Below, piece after piece: positions 29,600 to 40,910 of a stretch of 64,000 bases of DNA. Both the position numbers and the translations under genes were made by a program. This DNA comes from Candidatus Bathyarchaeota archaeon (GTDB taxonomy: Archaea; Thermoproteota; Bathyarchaeia; Bathyarchaeales; Bathycorpusculaceae). Under the pieces are notes generated by a model. The model made no database searches. It was not told where the DNA came from and saw only the letters and a list, made by a program, of their open reading frames with translations. The stretch lies in contig CAWGYA010000006.1 of the NCBI GenBank assembly GCA_963826715.1, positions 96,001 to 160,000 of the forward strand. Reading direction: 5' to 3'. Position 1 is the stretch's first letter. Each line of letters opens with the position of its first letter.

Positions 29600-31378
29600 G
29601 TGGTCATAAACCTCTTCGCATATGTTTCGCTAATCTCAGCTGTATTCTGCTTAGGCTTTTAGCCATTTTGGTTCTTAACTTAAACCGTAAAAACAGCCTA
29701 AATAAACTTTTTTTCTTAACAGTTTTGACTGGATTTCTCTACTCATTCACCACAGTCATGATGTGGATATCACCTGGGGCATCAACCGCTCTTCTATGGC
29801 ATAAACTAGGAACAATCTGGCCATTTTTCGTAGTATTAGTCCTCAACTTTGCTCTATTGTTCACCAACAATAAATGGCTCAAAAATAGAAGTTACTACCT
29901 GATTCTCTATTTGCCCGCAGTTGCTTTTTTCCTAATTGATCTCTTAACAGATTTTATTAATACAGCGCCGGTCCTGGAGTACTGGGGATTCAACGACCAA
30001 GCCTCAGGAACATGGCTTTATGGGGTATCTACTATTTGGTCTGCTACCCTACCACTTCTGGCATTTGTATTGTGCTTTAAGTACTACCGAGGTGCCAAAG
30101 ACTACATTCAGAAGCATCGAGGCAAATTTGTAACCGTTGGGTTCAGTATACCCATAGTGGCATTCATCTTTACCAACATGTTGGCGCGCAGTTTTAACAT
30201 CGGTGTTCCCAATCTCGGGGTAATTTCCACACTATTTTTCACCGTTTTTGTGGGCTACGCTGTGATTAAATACAGCTTGTTTACGATAGACGCATCTTTG
30301 GCAGCGGAAAACATATTGTTAACCATCCCTGACTCACTAGTTTTAGCTAATCAGCGTTCCGAAATGCTTAGAGTGAATGAGCGTTTGATTAATTTTTCTG
30401 GCTTTAGCCCAAGAAGAGTTAATTGGACAACCGATAAACAAACTGTTCTCCTCGGAAAAAATCGAGTGTGACAAGCTTTTAGAGAAAATATTTAAAGAAA
30501 AAATAATCCGTAATCATGAACTCGTACTTCAAACCAAAAGCGGAGAGAAACAGCAAGTGCTTATTTCAGGTTCTGTGGTTGAAACCAAAACGGGGCAGGT
30601 AATTGGTTTAACCTGCGTAATCCATGACATAACTGAGCGCAAAATGATGGAGGAGCGACTATTAAAGGCAGAACGGTTAGCGTCAATTGGTCAATTGGCG
30701 GGGCAGATCGGACATGATTTACGTAATCCCTTGGCAGGGATAAAAAATGGCGTTTATCTTGTGAAAAAGAAAGGAAATAGAATCAACGAGCAAGAACGCG
30801 AAGAGATTCTCAAAGTAATTGAAGCCGCAATAGAAGATTCAAACCGAATCGTTACAACTCTTATAGAATATTCAAGTGAATTAACCATAGAGCCTCATAT
30901 TTGTACACCTAAATCCTTAACCTCCAACGCACTCAGCAAAGTAAGAGTTCCAGACTATGTCCACGTTCAAAACAACGTATTAGATGACAAAGAGCTCTTT
31001 TTGGATGCCCCTAAAATCGAAAAAGTCTTTGCAAGCATAATCCAAAACGCAATAGAATCCATAGAAGAAAGTGGTACCCTGAAAATATGCGGGAAATTAG
31101 AAGAAGAAAATCTTGAGGTAACATTCACCGATACAGGCATTGGCATCCCACAGGAGATGTTGACATTGCTTTTTACGCCGCTGGTCACTAATAAAGCCAA
31201 AGGAATGGGAATGAGTTTGGCCATCTGCAAGCGAGTGGTAGAGGCTCATGGTGGCAGAATTGCGGTCAAAAGCACCCTGGGAAAAGGCACTGTACTTATG
31301 GTTTCGCTGCCAGTTAAGAGCTCTAAAACTGAATTTGCTCAGGCACAATTAGTTACTTCGACGCCAAGTTTTGTTTGA
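29600..31378 (+). pseudogene. 7TM-PAS sensor histidine kinase with two frameshifts (~29658, ~30410)
   Basis: TM N-terminus; PAS restored as GFSQEELIGQPINKLF; HDLRNPL, DTGIGI, GMGMSL. Confidence 0.8.
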
Positions 31379-31709
31379 CCCTGAATTGCACGATTTCCTT
31401 CACCAGTTGAAGCGGAAGCGGATCGTTGAGGGGAAAGCGGATAGTACCTTTGCTGGTTTGATAATTTGAGAGTTTATCTTTGAAGGCTTCCACCCCATTT
31501 GCTGTGGGGAAAAAACCAATGTGATCCTTGAATGCCGCAAAATAAACTAAAATCCCGTTTTGACAATAAGCGGGCATTTGATAGCTGATGGTTTCTTCGG
31601 CTTGCGGTGCAGCTTCACGAACGGCTTGACGCACCTCCCGTAGAGAAACTTGTATGTTTTCTGGGAATGAATCAATATATTCCTCGATAGTTTTGAATTT
31701 TGTTTTCAT
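31353..31709 (-). CDS. DUF1801 / YdhG-like protein
   Basis: TIEEYI, EETISYQMPAY, FAAFKDHIGFFP, TSKGTIRFP. Confidence 0.9.
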   Translation of the reverse strand: MKTKFKTIEEYIDSFPENIQVSLREVRQAVREAAPQAEETISYQMPAYCQNGILVYFAAFKDHIGFFPTANGVEAFKDKLSNYQTSKGTIRFPLNDPLPLQLVKEIVQFRVKQNLASK

Positions 31710-31766
31710 CTTATCACGCAGAGTAGCATTTAACGAGAATAAAAGAAAACAAAGCAATATAAGATG

Positions 31767-31844
31767 TGGTGGGGCTTCCCGGATTTGAACCGGGGTCTAT
31801 AGCGCCCGAGGCTACAAGCCTAGACCAAGCTAGCCGAAAGCCCC
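31767..31844 (-). tRNA. tRNA-Pro (CGG), CCA encoded, no intron
   Basis: GGGGCTT/AAGCCCC acceptor stem, anticodon loop CT-CGG-GC, GGTTCAAATCC T-arm. Confidence 0.95.
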
Positions 31845-32486
31845 TCTTGTAATTTTACGGTTTTAGCGGGCGCGTTCTATGTTATTTGTTGGGTTGGCTT
31901 TAACTTTAGCGGTTTAAGCAAGATAAGATTTTGAGTTTCTAAGAATTATATTGGGAATCCAAAAATCTAAACTTATTCACCCTCTCAAAAAGCCGCATCA
32001 ACCTTTTTTTCTATAGCGCTGTGAATGCCCAAAATTTCATTTAAAAGATAGAATGATTACCAATCAAGCGGTTTCGAATTTGTTACATCTTTCCAACATC
32101 AAAATCCTCCTTTTAAAATGTAAACGAAAAATCCCCTTGAATCTTCTGAAACTATCTATAGCATGAATTAGAGAAAAAATCACAAAATTATCTAATATAT
32201 GTTGACCCCTATGTTTCCTTTAGAAAATCATGTTGTAGGCATGATACAGTCACAACTAAAAGAGTATGGAAAAATAAAAACTCAAATCAGAAGAAGTTCA
32301 ATAAACCACCTATTAAGCTAAAGCAAAAAAAAATTTACAAAAAAAGCAAAACAAACCATCTTTCTATATAAATCAAGTTTTCTTTGTGTCCACCTCATTT
32401 TTTAAGAGAAAAGTTTAAGGGCGAATGATTGTTTTAGGTTGCAAAGTATTCCTGCATTTGGGGTTTGTGGTTTGAGCATCAACAAA

Positions 32487-33026
32487 ATGGAAACAATCGA
32501 AGAACGCAAAGCGGAAGTCCTAATTAAATTAAGAAAGTACAAACTTGTGGAAAAACAAAAATACGAAGGCGCATATGCCTACATCATCGACATTCCACAG
32601 GACAAAGAACGCGCAATCGTCTGGTGCATTCTAGGCGAAGCCACAGTCGGCATCGCAGCCATGAATACCCTCTATAAGGTGATGAAGGAAAAAGAACTTG
32701 AACGCGCAATCGTCGTTACCGAAGGACGCTACACACACGCCGTGAAGCTTGGCGCAAAAAAGAAAAACGTCGAATTGCTGCCCAAATCTTTCCCAGTCTT
32801 TGACATCTTCGAGCATGCATTGGTGCCCTTCCATGAAATACTCAGTGAAAAAGAAAAGAAGGAACTGCTCAACCAATTTAAAGTGAAGCCGTATCAGATG
32901 CCCCAAATCAAATCAGGTGATCCAGCAGTTAAAGCCATTGGCGCACAACCCGGCGATGTGCTCAAGATCACACGGAAAAGCCAAACTGCAGGCGAACACA
33001 TCACCTACAGATATGTAGTTGAATAA
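32487..33026 (+). CDS. rpoH: RNA polymerase subunit Rpo5/H with an N-terminal RPB5-like domain
   Basis: [39 protein letters not shown]; ~100-aa N-terminal extension; start uncertain (32439-32487). Confidence 0.9.
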   Translation: METIEERKAEVLIKLRKYKLVEKQKYEGAYAYIIDIPQDKERAIVWCILGEATVGIAAMNTLYKVMKEKELERAIVVTEGRYTHAVKLGAKKKNVELLPKSFPVFDIFEHALVPFHEILSEKEKKELLNQFKVKPYQMPQIKSGDPAVKAIGAQPGDVLKITRKSQTAGEHITYRYVVE

Positions 33027-33045
33027 ATCGACTTCTTTTCTATCT

Positions 33046-33282
33046 TTAATTTTCTTCCATCAGAGTTTCTTTTTTAGATTCTTCTAACTCATTAAGAATA
33101 ATCAACGCTTCTCCAAAAGGCATCCCTAACCGTTCCGAAAGCTCCTGAGGTGAAATATCAGGTTTTGAGAGTAGAATTGTGTCTCGGGTGTAGGCTTTGT
33201 GAGTAGGATACATTACAGAAGCATGTACGGCTTCGACAAGCAATTGCCATAGGCGTTCTTTTGTATAATCATCTATTTTCAT
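33046..33282 (-). CDS. Small hypothetical protein with an HTH-like segment
   Basis: PDISPQELSERLGMPFGEAL; probable ATG 33282. Confidence 0.65.
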   Translation of the reverse strand: MKIDDYTKERLWQLLVEAVHASVMYPTHKAYTRDTILLSKPDISPQELSERLGMPFGEALIILNELEESKKETLMEEN

Positions 33283-33376
33283 TTGAAACAGCTCTTCATT
33301 GTAGTACCGCAGAACTTGCATAAAAACAGTAAACATAAATCCCCCTGCTCATTGGCTATAGATGGATTGACTGATT

Positions 33377-34348
33377 TTGAAAGCCGCAGTTTACCGTGGA
33401 CAGTACAACATAAAAATAGAGCAGGTTCCAGAACCCATAGTTAAAGAACCAAAAGTAATTGTACTTTTCAACGCTGGAAGCATCTGCGGTACCGATATGC
33501 ACTTCTACCGCGGTGACTGGAAATGGATGAAAAAAGGCAGAATCATTGGACATGACGCCTGTGGTATCCGCAAAGACACGGGCGAACGCGTAATAATGGT
33601 CCCAATCGTCAACTGTGGCCACTGTTACTATTGCATTAGAGGCTTACCGACATACTGCATCCGCGGCAAATTCTACGGCTTAACGCGCGACGGTTTTTTT
33701 GCCGAATCAAAATCCATGCTTCCAAGGAGCCTAATTCCGTTACCTGCAAACATCAGCGACGAAGAAGCAGCTGTTGTAGAACCTGTTGCCCTTGCGCTTC
33801 GCGTACTAAATTATCTGCAACCTAACTTGGGCGATTGGGTCACAGTGATTGGACAAGGCGCAATCGGTTTGTTGATGACACAGATAGCGATCATGAAAGG
33901 TTGCCGGGTTATTGCAGTTGATTTAGAAGATTACCGACTTGAACTCGCTGAAAAATACGGTGCTGACGCAACTATAAATTCGAAAAAAGTGGACGTAATC
34001 AAAGAGGTTCATAAACTAACCAAACATGGCTCAGATTATGTAATTGAAGCAGCCGGGACCCAAGCAGCAGTCGAGCAAACGCCGTTTCTGGTTCGTAAAG
34101 CAGGCAAAGTAGCATTGGTTGGCGAGTCGAAAGGTTTTTTGAACTTGGAGGATGCTGATGAAGCATCTTTTTCAACTATGTATATTTCGCCTGTAGAGTA
34201 TCCTACGGCAGTTGAGCTTATAGCAAGGAAACTTGTAGATTTGAAGGGGTTAGTGACACACCGCTTCAGGCTTGATGAGTTCGAAAAAGCGCTGCAAACT
34301 ATTGATGACCCTAAAGAGAAAGCGCTTAAAGTAATAATAAAGGAATAG
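33377..34348 (+). CDS. Zinc-dependent alcohol/threonine dehydrogenase-like (MDR) protein
   Basis: ICGTD, GHD, CGHCYYC-x7-C, GQGAIG. Confidence 0.9.
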   Translation: MKAAVYRGQYNIKIEQVPEPIVKEPKVIVLFNAGSICGTDMHFYRGDWKWMKKGRIIGHDACGIRKDTGERVIMVPIVNCGHCYYCIRGLPTYCIRGKFYGLTRDGFFAESKSMLPRSLIPLPANISDEEAAVVEPVALALRVLNYLQPNLGDWVTVIGQGAIGLLMTQIAIMKGCRVIAVDLEDYRLELAEKYGADATINSKKVDVIKEVHKLTKHGSDYVIEAAGTQAAVEQTPFLVRKAGKVALVGESKGFLNLEDADEASFSTMYISPVEYPTAVELIARKLVDLKGLVTHRFRLDEFEKALQTIDDPKEKALKVIIKE

Positions 34349-34435
34349 AGCGCTAAGCTGAAACTTTTTACCGCAAAGTATATTTCTCGTCAAGAAACTG
34401 TAAATCCAAACTCGCCAGACAAGGAATCATTATCA

Positions 34436-35122
34436 ATGCCGATTAAAGCTGTCCTTTTCGATTTAGACGGAACCTTAGCCAATTTCAACTTAGACTACAA
34501 AACTCTACGTTCTGAAGTCAGACAATACCTTATGAAAAATGGAGTTCCCACATCGTTGCTTAAAGTCAACGAAAGCATTTTTGACATGCTTGCTAAAACT
34601 GAGATATTTTTCAAAAACAACAAAAAATCCACGCAAGACTTCACTACAATCCGGCAGCAATGTCTAACGATCGCAGAAAAATATGAAATGGAAGCGGCAT
34701 CCACTACAAACCTTTTGCCAGGCGCAGTAGAAACCCTAAAAGAACTCACGAAATTGAGATTGAAGCTAGGTTTATGCACAACAAGCAGTAAAAATGCTGT
34801 GACATATATAGTAGATCGCTTCAAAATAGCTGAGTATTTTGAGGTTGTAGTGCCCCGAGAACTGGTCAAACGGGTAAAGCCCGACACAGAGCAGTTTCAT
34901 TTAGCGCTTAAAAAATTAGGGGTCCATACCAACGACGCTATAATTGTCGGTGACAGTGCCGTTGACATGGAATCCGCCAAGGAACTCAAAGCAATAGCAG
35001 TCGGGTTACCCACAGGTTACTCAACACCAGAACAGCTGAAAAGTCATGGAGCAAACTATCTGATAACATCGCTAATTGACTTGCCTGTTTTAATAAAGAA
35101 GGAAAACAATAAGGAAAGTTAA
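34436..35122 (+). CDS. HAD-superfamily hydrolase
   Basis: FDLDGTL, KPD, VGDSAVD. Confidence 0.92.
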   Translation: MPIKAVLFDLDGTLANFNLDYKTLRSEVRQYLMKNGVPTSLLKVNESIFDMLAKTEIFFKNNKKSTQDFTTIRQQCLTIAEKYEMEAASTTNLLPGAVETLKELTKLRLKLGLCTTSSKNAVTYIVDRFKIAEYFEVVVPRELVKRVKPDTEQFHLALKKLGVHTNDAIIVGDSAVDMESAKELKAIAVGLPTGYSTPEQLKSHGANYLITSLIDLPVLIKKENNKES

Positions 35123-38100
35123 GCAGCAGTTACTAGACCGTTGTCTTTGCAAACCAATTTACGTTCGCGAACCAGCCGTTGGAACACCTCATTAAAAACT
35201 ACTTTTGCATCTTCCCCTAAATGCTTAATACCAAAAACCTGCGCAGTCTCAGAAATTAGCGAATCATCGCCTATACCTAAGGCGAATTGGGCAATTTGCA
35301 TCATGGCAGCTTCTACTTCTTCAGGTGCAATATATTGAGGTCTTCGTTTAGATCCAGGGATACCGCGTACCGGAACACGAACCGGAGTTTCCTTCATTCC
35401 TATTGGCCAAAGAAAACTACCTTTAAGGATAACCTTCTGTTCGCGTAGAAGGTTGTTTAGAGCTTCTTTTACCGCATGACAGATTTTCGGAGATACTTGC
35501 TTCAGTCCCCAAGTCGCAGCTAACCGCTCCACCGCATAATCGAAATGAACGGGTCCCTCATTTTGAACAAGTTCATCTAGCATTTTGATTTGGTTTTCTC
35601 GGTTTTCAGGAAAGTAAAATTCGTTTTTCTGTTTTGAGTCCACACTGGCGCCCACTGTTGCAACTTTGATATATGGATTATACGCTGCCCGTAGTGGGTG
35701 GATTTTGTAGGGAACACCAATTTTTTCTTTGCCTCCATATTGGTTCTTCTGCACTTCAGTTGCTGGGGCTAAAGGTTTTTGGGTGTCTTTTTCGATTTGC
35801 TGCTTACTGGCTTGTTCGAGTATTTCTTTTAAGCGGCGGATTTCGCTATCGCGTCTTGCAACCCAAACAGGCGCCCAGATACGGTGGATATGCCAGCCAA
35901 GTTGTCGCAGAACGTACTCACGGAGTCTATCTCTGTCTCGTGCACTGTTACTGGAACGGTAGGTTGTGCCATCGCATTCTATACCAAGCAAGAAGCAATC
36001 TTTGTTGACAGGATCAATTACGCCTATGTCGATTTTGTGACCGCTGCACCCGACTTCAGGAATAATTTGATACCCGAGTTTTTTGATCTCGTTGGCAACG
36101 TCCTCGTCGAGGGCTGACTCGAAGCCGACTGCGTTGCATATTTCTTTTAACGAATCAGTACCGTGTTCAGCATAGTCAAGATACTTGCCAAGTGTCTGAA
36201 CCCCTAAAGCTTTGGTTTCAGGATTTATGTCTGAGCCTTTTATGGAAGCGACAATAACCACTTTTTCTTTAGCACGGGTAATAGCAACGTTTAGACGTCG
36301 TTCCCCTCCGGGCTTATTGAGTGGACCAAAGTTCATAGCAATTTGCCCTTCGGCGTCGTAACCATAGCCCACGCTAAAAAAGATAACATCACGTTCGTCG
36401 CCCTGCACGTTCTCAAGGTTTTTCACGAAAAAACCTTCAAGACGATCTTCTTTGAAAAACTGATCAAATTCGGGGTGCTCTTTAAGTCGACGATCAATAG
36501 CTTCTTCAATTGCAGTCATCTGCGCGATGCTAAAAGTTACAACCCCCAAAGTTTTATGCGGGTAGTTTTTAAAGTGCTCGAAGACTAAGGTGGCGACTTT
36601 CTCTGCTTCAACGGGGTTGTCACGTTTACCTCCACGGTCATAGATGCCATCTGGAATATGAATTAGTTTTACCCCCAAACTGTCAGTCTCGGATTTGGCG
36701 GAGGGAAATGTTATCATAGTATCATCGTAGAAACAGTGATTTGAAAATGCGATGAGACTTTCGTCTTTACTACGATAGTGCCACTTTAACGTCTTAACAG
36801 GCAACCCACTTCCTAAGCATTCGTCGAGAATGCTATCGAAGACCTCAATATCTTCATCAGTGAGTTCATCCCAATCCGGGTCGACAAGCAGGTTTTTCTG
36901 GAAAAATGATGTGGGTGGAAGCTGCTTATCATCGCCTGCAACCACAATTGTTTTTCCACGGTAGATAGCCCCGATGGCATCTTCAGGGACAAGCTGCGAA
37001 GCCTCATCGAAGAGCACTAAGTCGAATTTAACGTCAGGAGATAGGAACTGACTTACTGAAATAGGACTCATGAGGAGGCAAGGCTTGAGTTTAACAAGCA
37101 GATGGGGGATTTTCTGAAGCAAAGTACGCATCGGCATAAGGCGACGTTTTTTAGCGGCCTCTTTAGAGAGGATCCCCGCTTCTGTGTCGGCGGCTTGGAT
37201 AAGAATACCCTGAGGTTTTCGACTGTTAACAGCATCAATAACCATACCAGAAGTTAATCGTATGAGTTCTTGATCGAGTTTCCTAAAATCTGCTATGACC
37301 TGTTCATGATTTTCACGGCGGAACCCGCCGAGTTTCTGGTCATCAATATAGAGGTTGTTTATCCATTCTTGATAGACACTTTTACGGAATAATGGGACCA
37401 AATCCGCTGCAGGCAACTTCGCTTCAACTAGGCGATCAAAGAAGGGATTGAGCCCTCGGAGTGTAAAATTGTTTTTGGCATCTTTAAAGTCAATCCACAC
37501 TTGTAACTCGTCAACACAGTTACGTAGTGCCATTACGCGTTCTCTTATTGTTTTGATATCTAGATCTATGAGCACCTGTTTCTTGTAACGCATCTCAGAT
37601 TCAAAACGGGTTTGCAGGTCAGCTAAAATCTTTTGAGAGGAATCCCTTTTTGCCAAAAGCGCCTTGTTGGAGGGCGCCATTGTAGGTCCCTTAGCCGCAA
37701 TTTCCGCAAAAGCTTCAGGTACTGACATAGAACCAAACATGTATTGCACTTTTCTGACCCATTCCAACACCGTTACAAGATCCTGCCAATCTGTTTGAAG
37801 CTCTTTGAAACGGATTCCGAATTTTTCTTGCAACTGTGTTTTTTCGCCGACAATTTGCGCTTCTTTCTTTCTGATGTCCTCAGCGTTTTTAAGGTCATTA
37901 ATAAGCTGAAGGTAGTTTTCAGGTTCCACTTTAGATACAGTGAGAGTATCTTTGGTTAGTTTGTTGAGAGAGGTTAGCTGAATTTCCACTTGAATCAACC
38001 AATCCCCAAGTAGAGGCAGCGATGTTTCCATGATTGACTTATCAGATTTAGGCAATTTCTGTGGAATTAGTTCTTCGAGTTCTTTTGTTTGGTTCGTCCA

Positions 38101-40794
38101 TTTCTCAATTGATTCCTGAAGTTCCTCCCCCAAGTTCTTAATCATAGGAGAGGGACTGGCCGAAGCCGTAAGAAGTTTAATGAGATCCTCAGGAATATGG
38201 GTTGACCATGAGAGTTTCTTGATTTCTTCAGTCAGGGAAAGTGCTTTTTCTGCGCCTATAAAATCTGTTTTGCTCTTGTGAAAATAGTGTCCAAGAAGCT
38301 TGGAAACGGTTTCTGCTGAAGATTCGATTTTGCCTTGGAGCTTTTTCAATTTGCGGGCATCAATTAAGTCCTTAAGAACAGTTTTTGGAACCTTCCCGTT
38401 GTTAGCTAATTTTGCAATGCGTTTTTGATCATTACGATAGCCCCTATTGAAGATTCTCATGCTGCTCTGATAGGGTCCACTATAATTGACAATGAGCTCA
38501 TTGAGATCCTGGAGTTCGAAGAAATCATCACTGTAGGACTCATCCAAACGGTCTTTAAGAAGGTTATATTCAAGATAGAGTTGCCTTACTTTGCTAACGG
38601 TTTCCTGAACTTCAATAAGATAGTTCGCATCAAACCACTGCGGTTCAGGCTTATTCTCAGCAAAACAGAGCTGCGCCATCCGAGATAGCTGACGCAACTG
38701 CGTTATGGTTAAGTTGGCACCGTCTAACCCTAACATCGCAGGAAGCGTTTGGGAGATTTCCTGCCACTTCTGCGTTAGCAACTGAGTATTTCTAATATAT
38801 GTTAAGAATCTTTCTCGTTTCGATAGAAGATCCCCCTTTGAGAGATTAACGTCGCCAATATCTTTTTCAAGGTTGGTTAATGCATGCAATAAATCCTGCG
38901 AGCGGGACAAAACCAAATCGAAAAGTTCAGGTTGATATCTTTCAAGGAGACTATCGCTACTCTGCTTTATCCACTTGCTGATTTCAAGGTAAGCATAAGC
39001 TTCATCGATCAGCTTGTCGAGTCTGATGTTAGTCAGCCAAAATTTTTCAGGCAAAGGGCTTTCAAAAAGGAAGTTACTTACGTCAAGCAACCACTGGATG
39101 TGAGTAAATGTTTCAGGCGGAGTAATTCCAAGTTTTGCAGAAAAGTCTTCACTTTCAGATTCCAGCCCGCAGAGCGTTTCATTTATGTTTTCTAACATTG
39201 TAAGGAGTTCGCTGCGGATTTCCAAAGTATATGTATCAGCCCGATAGCCTAACCATGGAAAATCAGACTCATCTATAACCTTCCAGACCTTGCTCAGATG
39301 CGAAACAAGCTCCTCAAGTTCGCGCATCTTTTGCGGTGTAAGCGTTCCCACATCGCTCAATCCTACAGGCACAAAAGGCGCACGCTCAAGGCTTGATATA
39401 ATGCTTAACACTTCGTAAACACTGCGCTGCAGATAAGGACGTTTTTCATGCAATGCGGTTACATAGCCGTTTAAGGTACTCCGGTACTCAGATAATAGTT
39501 CAAACTCATGGGCAGAAGGCAAATTTCGAGGCACAATATTCTCATCTAGGCTGCGTTTGAGTTCACCAACTACCTGTTGCTTGTTTGCCTTGGCACTATG
39601 AAGCTCAAGACAAAAATGTGCTAAGCCTACTTCGCTAAGTCGCTTATATACCACTTCAAGCGCCGCCATCTTATCACTGACGAAGAGCACACTTTTGCCG
39701 TTGGCTATGCATTCCGCGACTATGTTGGCAATAGTTTGGCTTTTACCTGTGCCAGGTGGTCCCTTCATTACAAAGCTTTGCCCTCGAAGAGCGTATTCGA
39801 TGCTGAGGCGCTGGCTGCTGTCAGCATCAAGCACTTGATAGGTTTTGGCAGGCACCTCTACTGTGTCAACATCTTTCTCTTCAGGCAACCCTGAAACAAT
39901 TAGGTTTTCATCGTGGATTCCTGCAATAGTTTTGATTATGGGGTGCGATGTGATCATTGCCGCATTGGATTCGAGGTCCTTATAGATTACTAGTTTTTGG
40001 AAGGAAAATAAACCTAAATCAACAGTGTCCTCTGTTTTCCAACCCATCCCTGAAATTGCCTGTTCCACCTGACTGTAGTATTGATCAAGTGAATGCGCTT
40101 CCCATTCCTCAGGTAAGTCGGGTAAGTCTATTTTGAAGTCATTATGTAGTTTCGCTTGCAGAGCAGGGTTCAAGACGGCTTCTTCTTCCACCGGCGGCAG
40201 ATTGATGCTATAGGGTTGCCGAATTGTTTCGCGACTGAGTTCAAGTGGAACTAGAATCAGCGGCGACTGTACCTCTTCTTTGGTTTCCCAATCAACCCAG
40301 TTTAGTGTTCCAAAAGCCGCATTGAGAATACGTACACCTCGTTCACGGTAATCTAGAAGTGAACGCCGATCTAGAGCTTTGAGATAACGTTCAAGTTCCT
40401 CACGGTTAAGTTTGGCACATACAAGCTGATTGCCTACTGAGGGCTTGAGCCCTTCTTCGTTTGCGGCTTTAAAATATGCTTTATTGGCACTAACTTTCTG
40501 CACTTCACCATTGCTGTTTCCTTTGCATTGCAGCTTCAGCTCATTTTTTTCTGCATTATGCACCTCAGGAGATAAATAGAATTCTAGACGACTCTTTTTG
40601 TTTACCAGAAGGTCAAAAACCTTTTGGGAATTAGGCGCCGAAATTGTGATATTGTATCGTTTATCTTTGCGGAAGTAGAGAAGATTATTTTTTCGCGATA
40701 AATCGATAAGACGTGATTTCCAATCTTCAACTCGTTTCATAGGTGAGGAAGAATTCGGGGCTTGAGATCGTTCAGTCATCGAAGGCACATCCAC
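35119..40794 (-). CDS. DUF4011-SF1 helicase-Vsr-like nuclease-DUF3320 protein (Hhe-like)
   Basis: WKSRLIDLSRKNNLL, GPPGTGKSQTI, FDEASQ, GDDKQLPP, HYRS, VQGDERD, RRLNVAITRA, IECDG, W.IHRIW. Confidence 0.9.
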   Translation of the reverse strand: MDVPSMTERSQAPNSSSPMKRVEDWKSRLIDLSRKNNLLYFRKDKRYNITISAPNSQKVFDLLVNKKSRLEFYLSPEVHNAEKNELKLQCKGNSNGEVQKVSANKAYFKAANEEGLKPSVGNQLVCAKLNREELERYLKALDRRSLLDYRERGVRILNAAFGTLNWVDWETKEEVQSPLILVPLELSRETIRQPYSINLPPVEEEAVLNPALQAKLHNDFKIDLPDLPEEWEAHSLDQYYSQVEQAISGMGWKTEDTVDLGLFSFQKLVIYKDLESNAAMITSHPIIKTIAGIHDENLIVSGLPEEKDVDTVEVPAKTYQVLDADSSQRLSIEYALRGQSFVMKGPPGTGKSQTIANIVAECIANGKSVLFVSDKMAALEVVYKRLSEVGLAHFCLELHSAKANKQQVVGELKRSLDENIVPRNLPSAHEFELLSEYRSTLNGYVTALHEKRPYLQRSVYEVLSIISSLERAPFVPVGLSDVGTLTPQKMRELEELVSHLSKVWKVIDESDFPWLGYRADTYTLEIRSELLTMLENINETLCGLESESEDFSAKLGITPPETFTHIQWLLDVSNFLFESPLPEKFWLTNIRLDKLIDEAYAYLEISKWIKQSSDSLLERYQPELFDLVLSRSQDLLHALTNLEKDIGDVNLSKGDLLSKRERFLTYIRNTQLLTQKWQEISQTLPAMLGLDGANLTITQLRQLSRMAQLCFAENKPEPQWFDANYLIEVQETVSKVRQLYLEYNLLKDRLDESYSDDFFELQDLNELIVNYSGPYQSSMRIFNRGYRNDQKRIAKLANNGKVPKTVLKDLIDARKLKKLQGKIESSAETVSKLLGHYFHKSKTDFIGAEKALSLTEEIKKLSWSTHIPEDLIKLLTASASPSPMIKNLGEELQESIEKWTNQTKELEELIPQKLPKSDKSIMETSLPLLGDWLIQVEIQLTSLNKLTKDTLTVSKVEPENYLQLINDLKNAEDIRKKEAQIVGEKTQLQEKFGIRFKELQTDWQDLVTVLEWVRKVQYMFGSMSVPEAFAEIAAKGPTMAPSNKALLAKRDSSQKILADLQTRFESEMRYKKQVLIDLDIKTIRERVMALRNCVDELQVWIDFKDAKNNFTLRGLNPFFDRLVEAKLPAADLVPLFRKSVYQEWINNLYIDDQKLGGFRRENHEQVIADFRKLDQELIRLTSGMVIDAVNSRKPQGILIQAADTEAGILSKEAAKKRRLMPMRTLLQKIPHLLVKLKPCLLMSPISVSQFLSPDVKFDLVLFDEASQLVPEDAIGAIYRGKTIVVAGDDKQLPPTSFFQKNLLVDPDWDELTDEDIEVFDSILDECLGSGLPVKTLKWHYRSKDESLIAFSNHCFYDDTMITFPSAKSETDSLGVKLIHIPDGIYDRGGKRDNPVEAEKVATLVFEHFKNYPHKTLGVVTFSIAQMTAIEEAIDRRLKEHPEFDQFFKEDRLEGFFVKNLENVQGDERDVIFFSVGYGYDAEGQIAMNFGPLNKPGGERRLNVAITRAKEKVVIVASIKGSDINPETKALGVQTLGKYLDYAEHGTDSLKEICNAVGFESALDEDVANEIKKLGYQIIPEVGCSGHKIDIGVIDPVNKDCFLLGIECDGTTYRSSNSARDRDRLREYVLRQLGWHIHRIWAPVWVARRDSEIRRLKEILEQASKQQIEKDTQKPLAPATEVQKNQYGGKEKIGVPYKIHPLRAAYNPYIKVATVGASVDSKQKNEFYFPENRENQIKMLDELVQNEGPVHFDYAVERLAATWGLKQVSPKICHAVKEALNNLLREQKVILKGSFLWPIGMKETPVRVPVRGIPGSKRRPQYIAPEEVEAAMMQIAQFALGIGDDSLISETAQVFGIKHLGEDAKVVFNEVFQRLVRERKLVCKDNGLVTAA

Positions 40795-40910
40795 ATCAGG
40801 TACAGTTTAGCTTATTGTCTTGTTGGTTCTTTAATCCTTATGGTAATGTAATATGCCTCCAAAGAATCAAATGGGCCAAGTTTAGATGAAAAAAAGTGTC
40901 AGTTGAAGCT

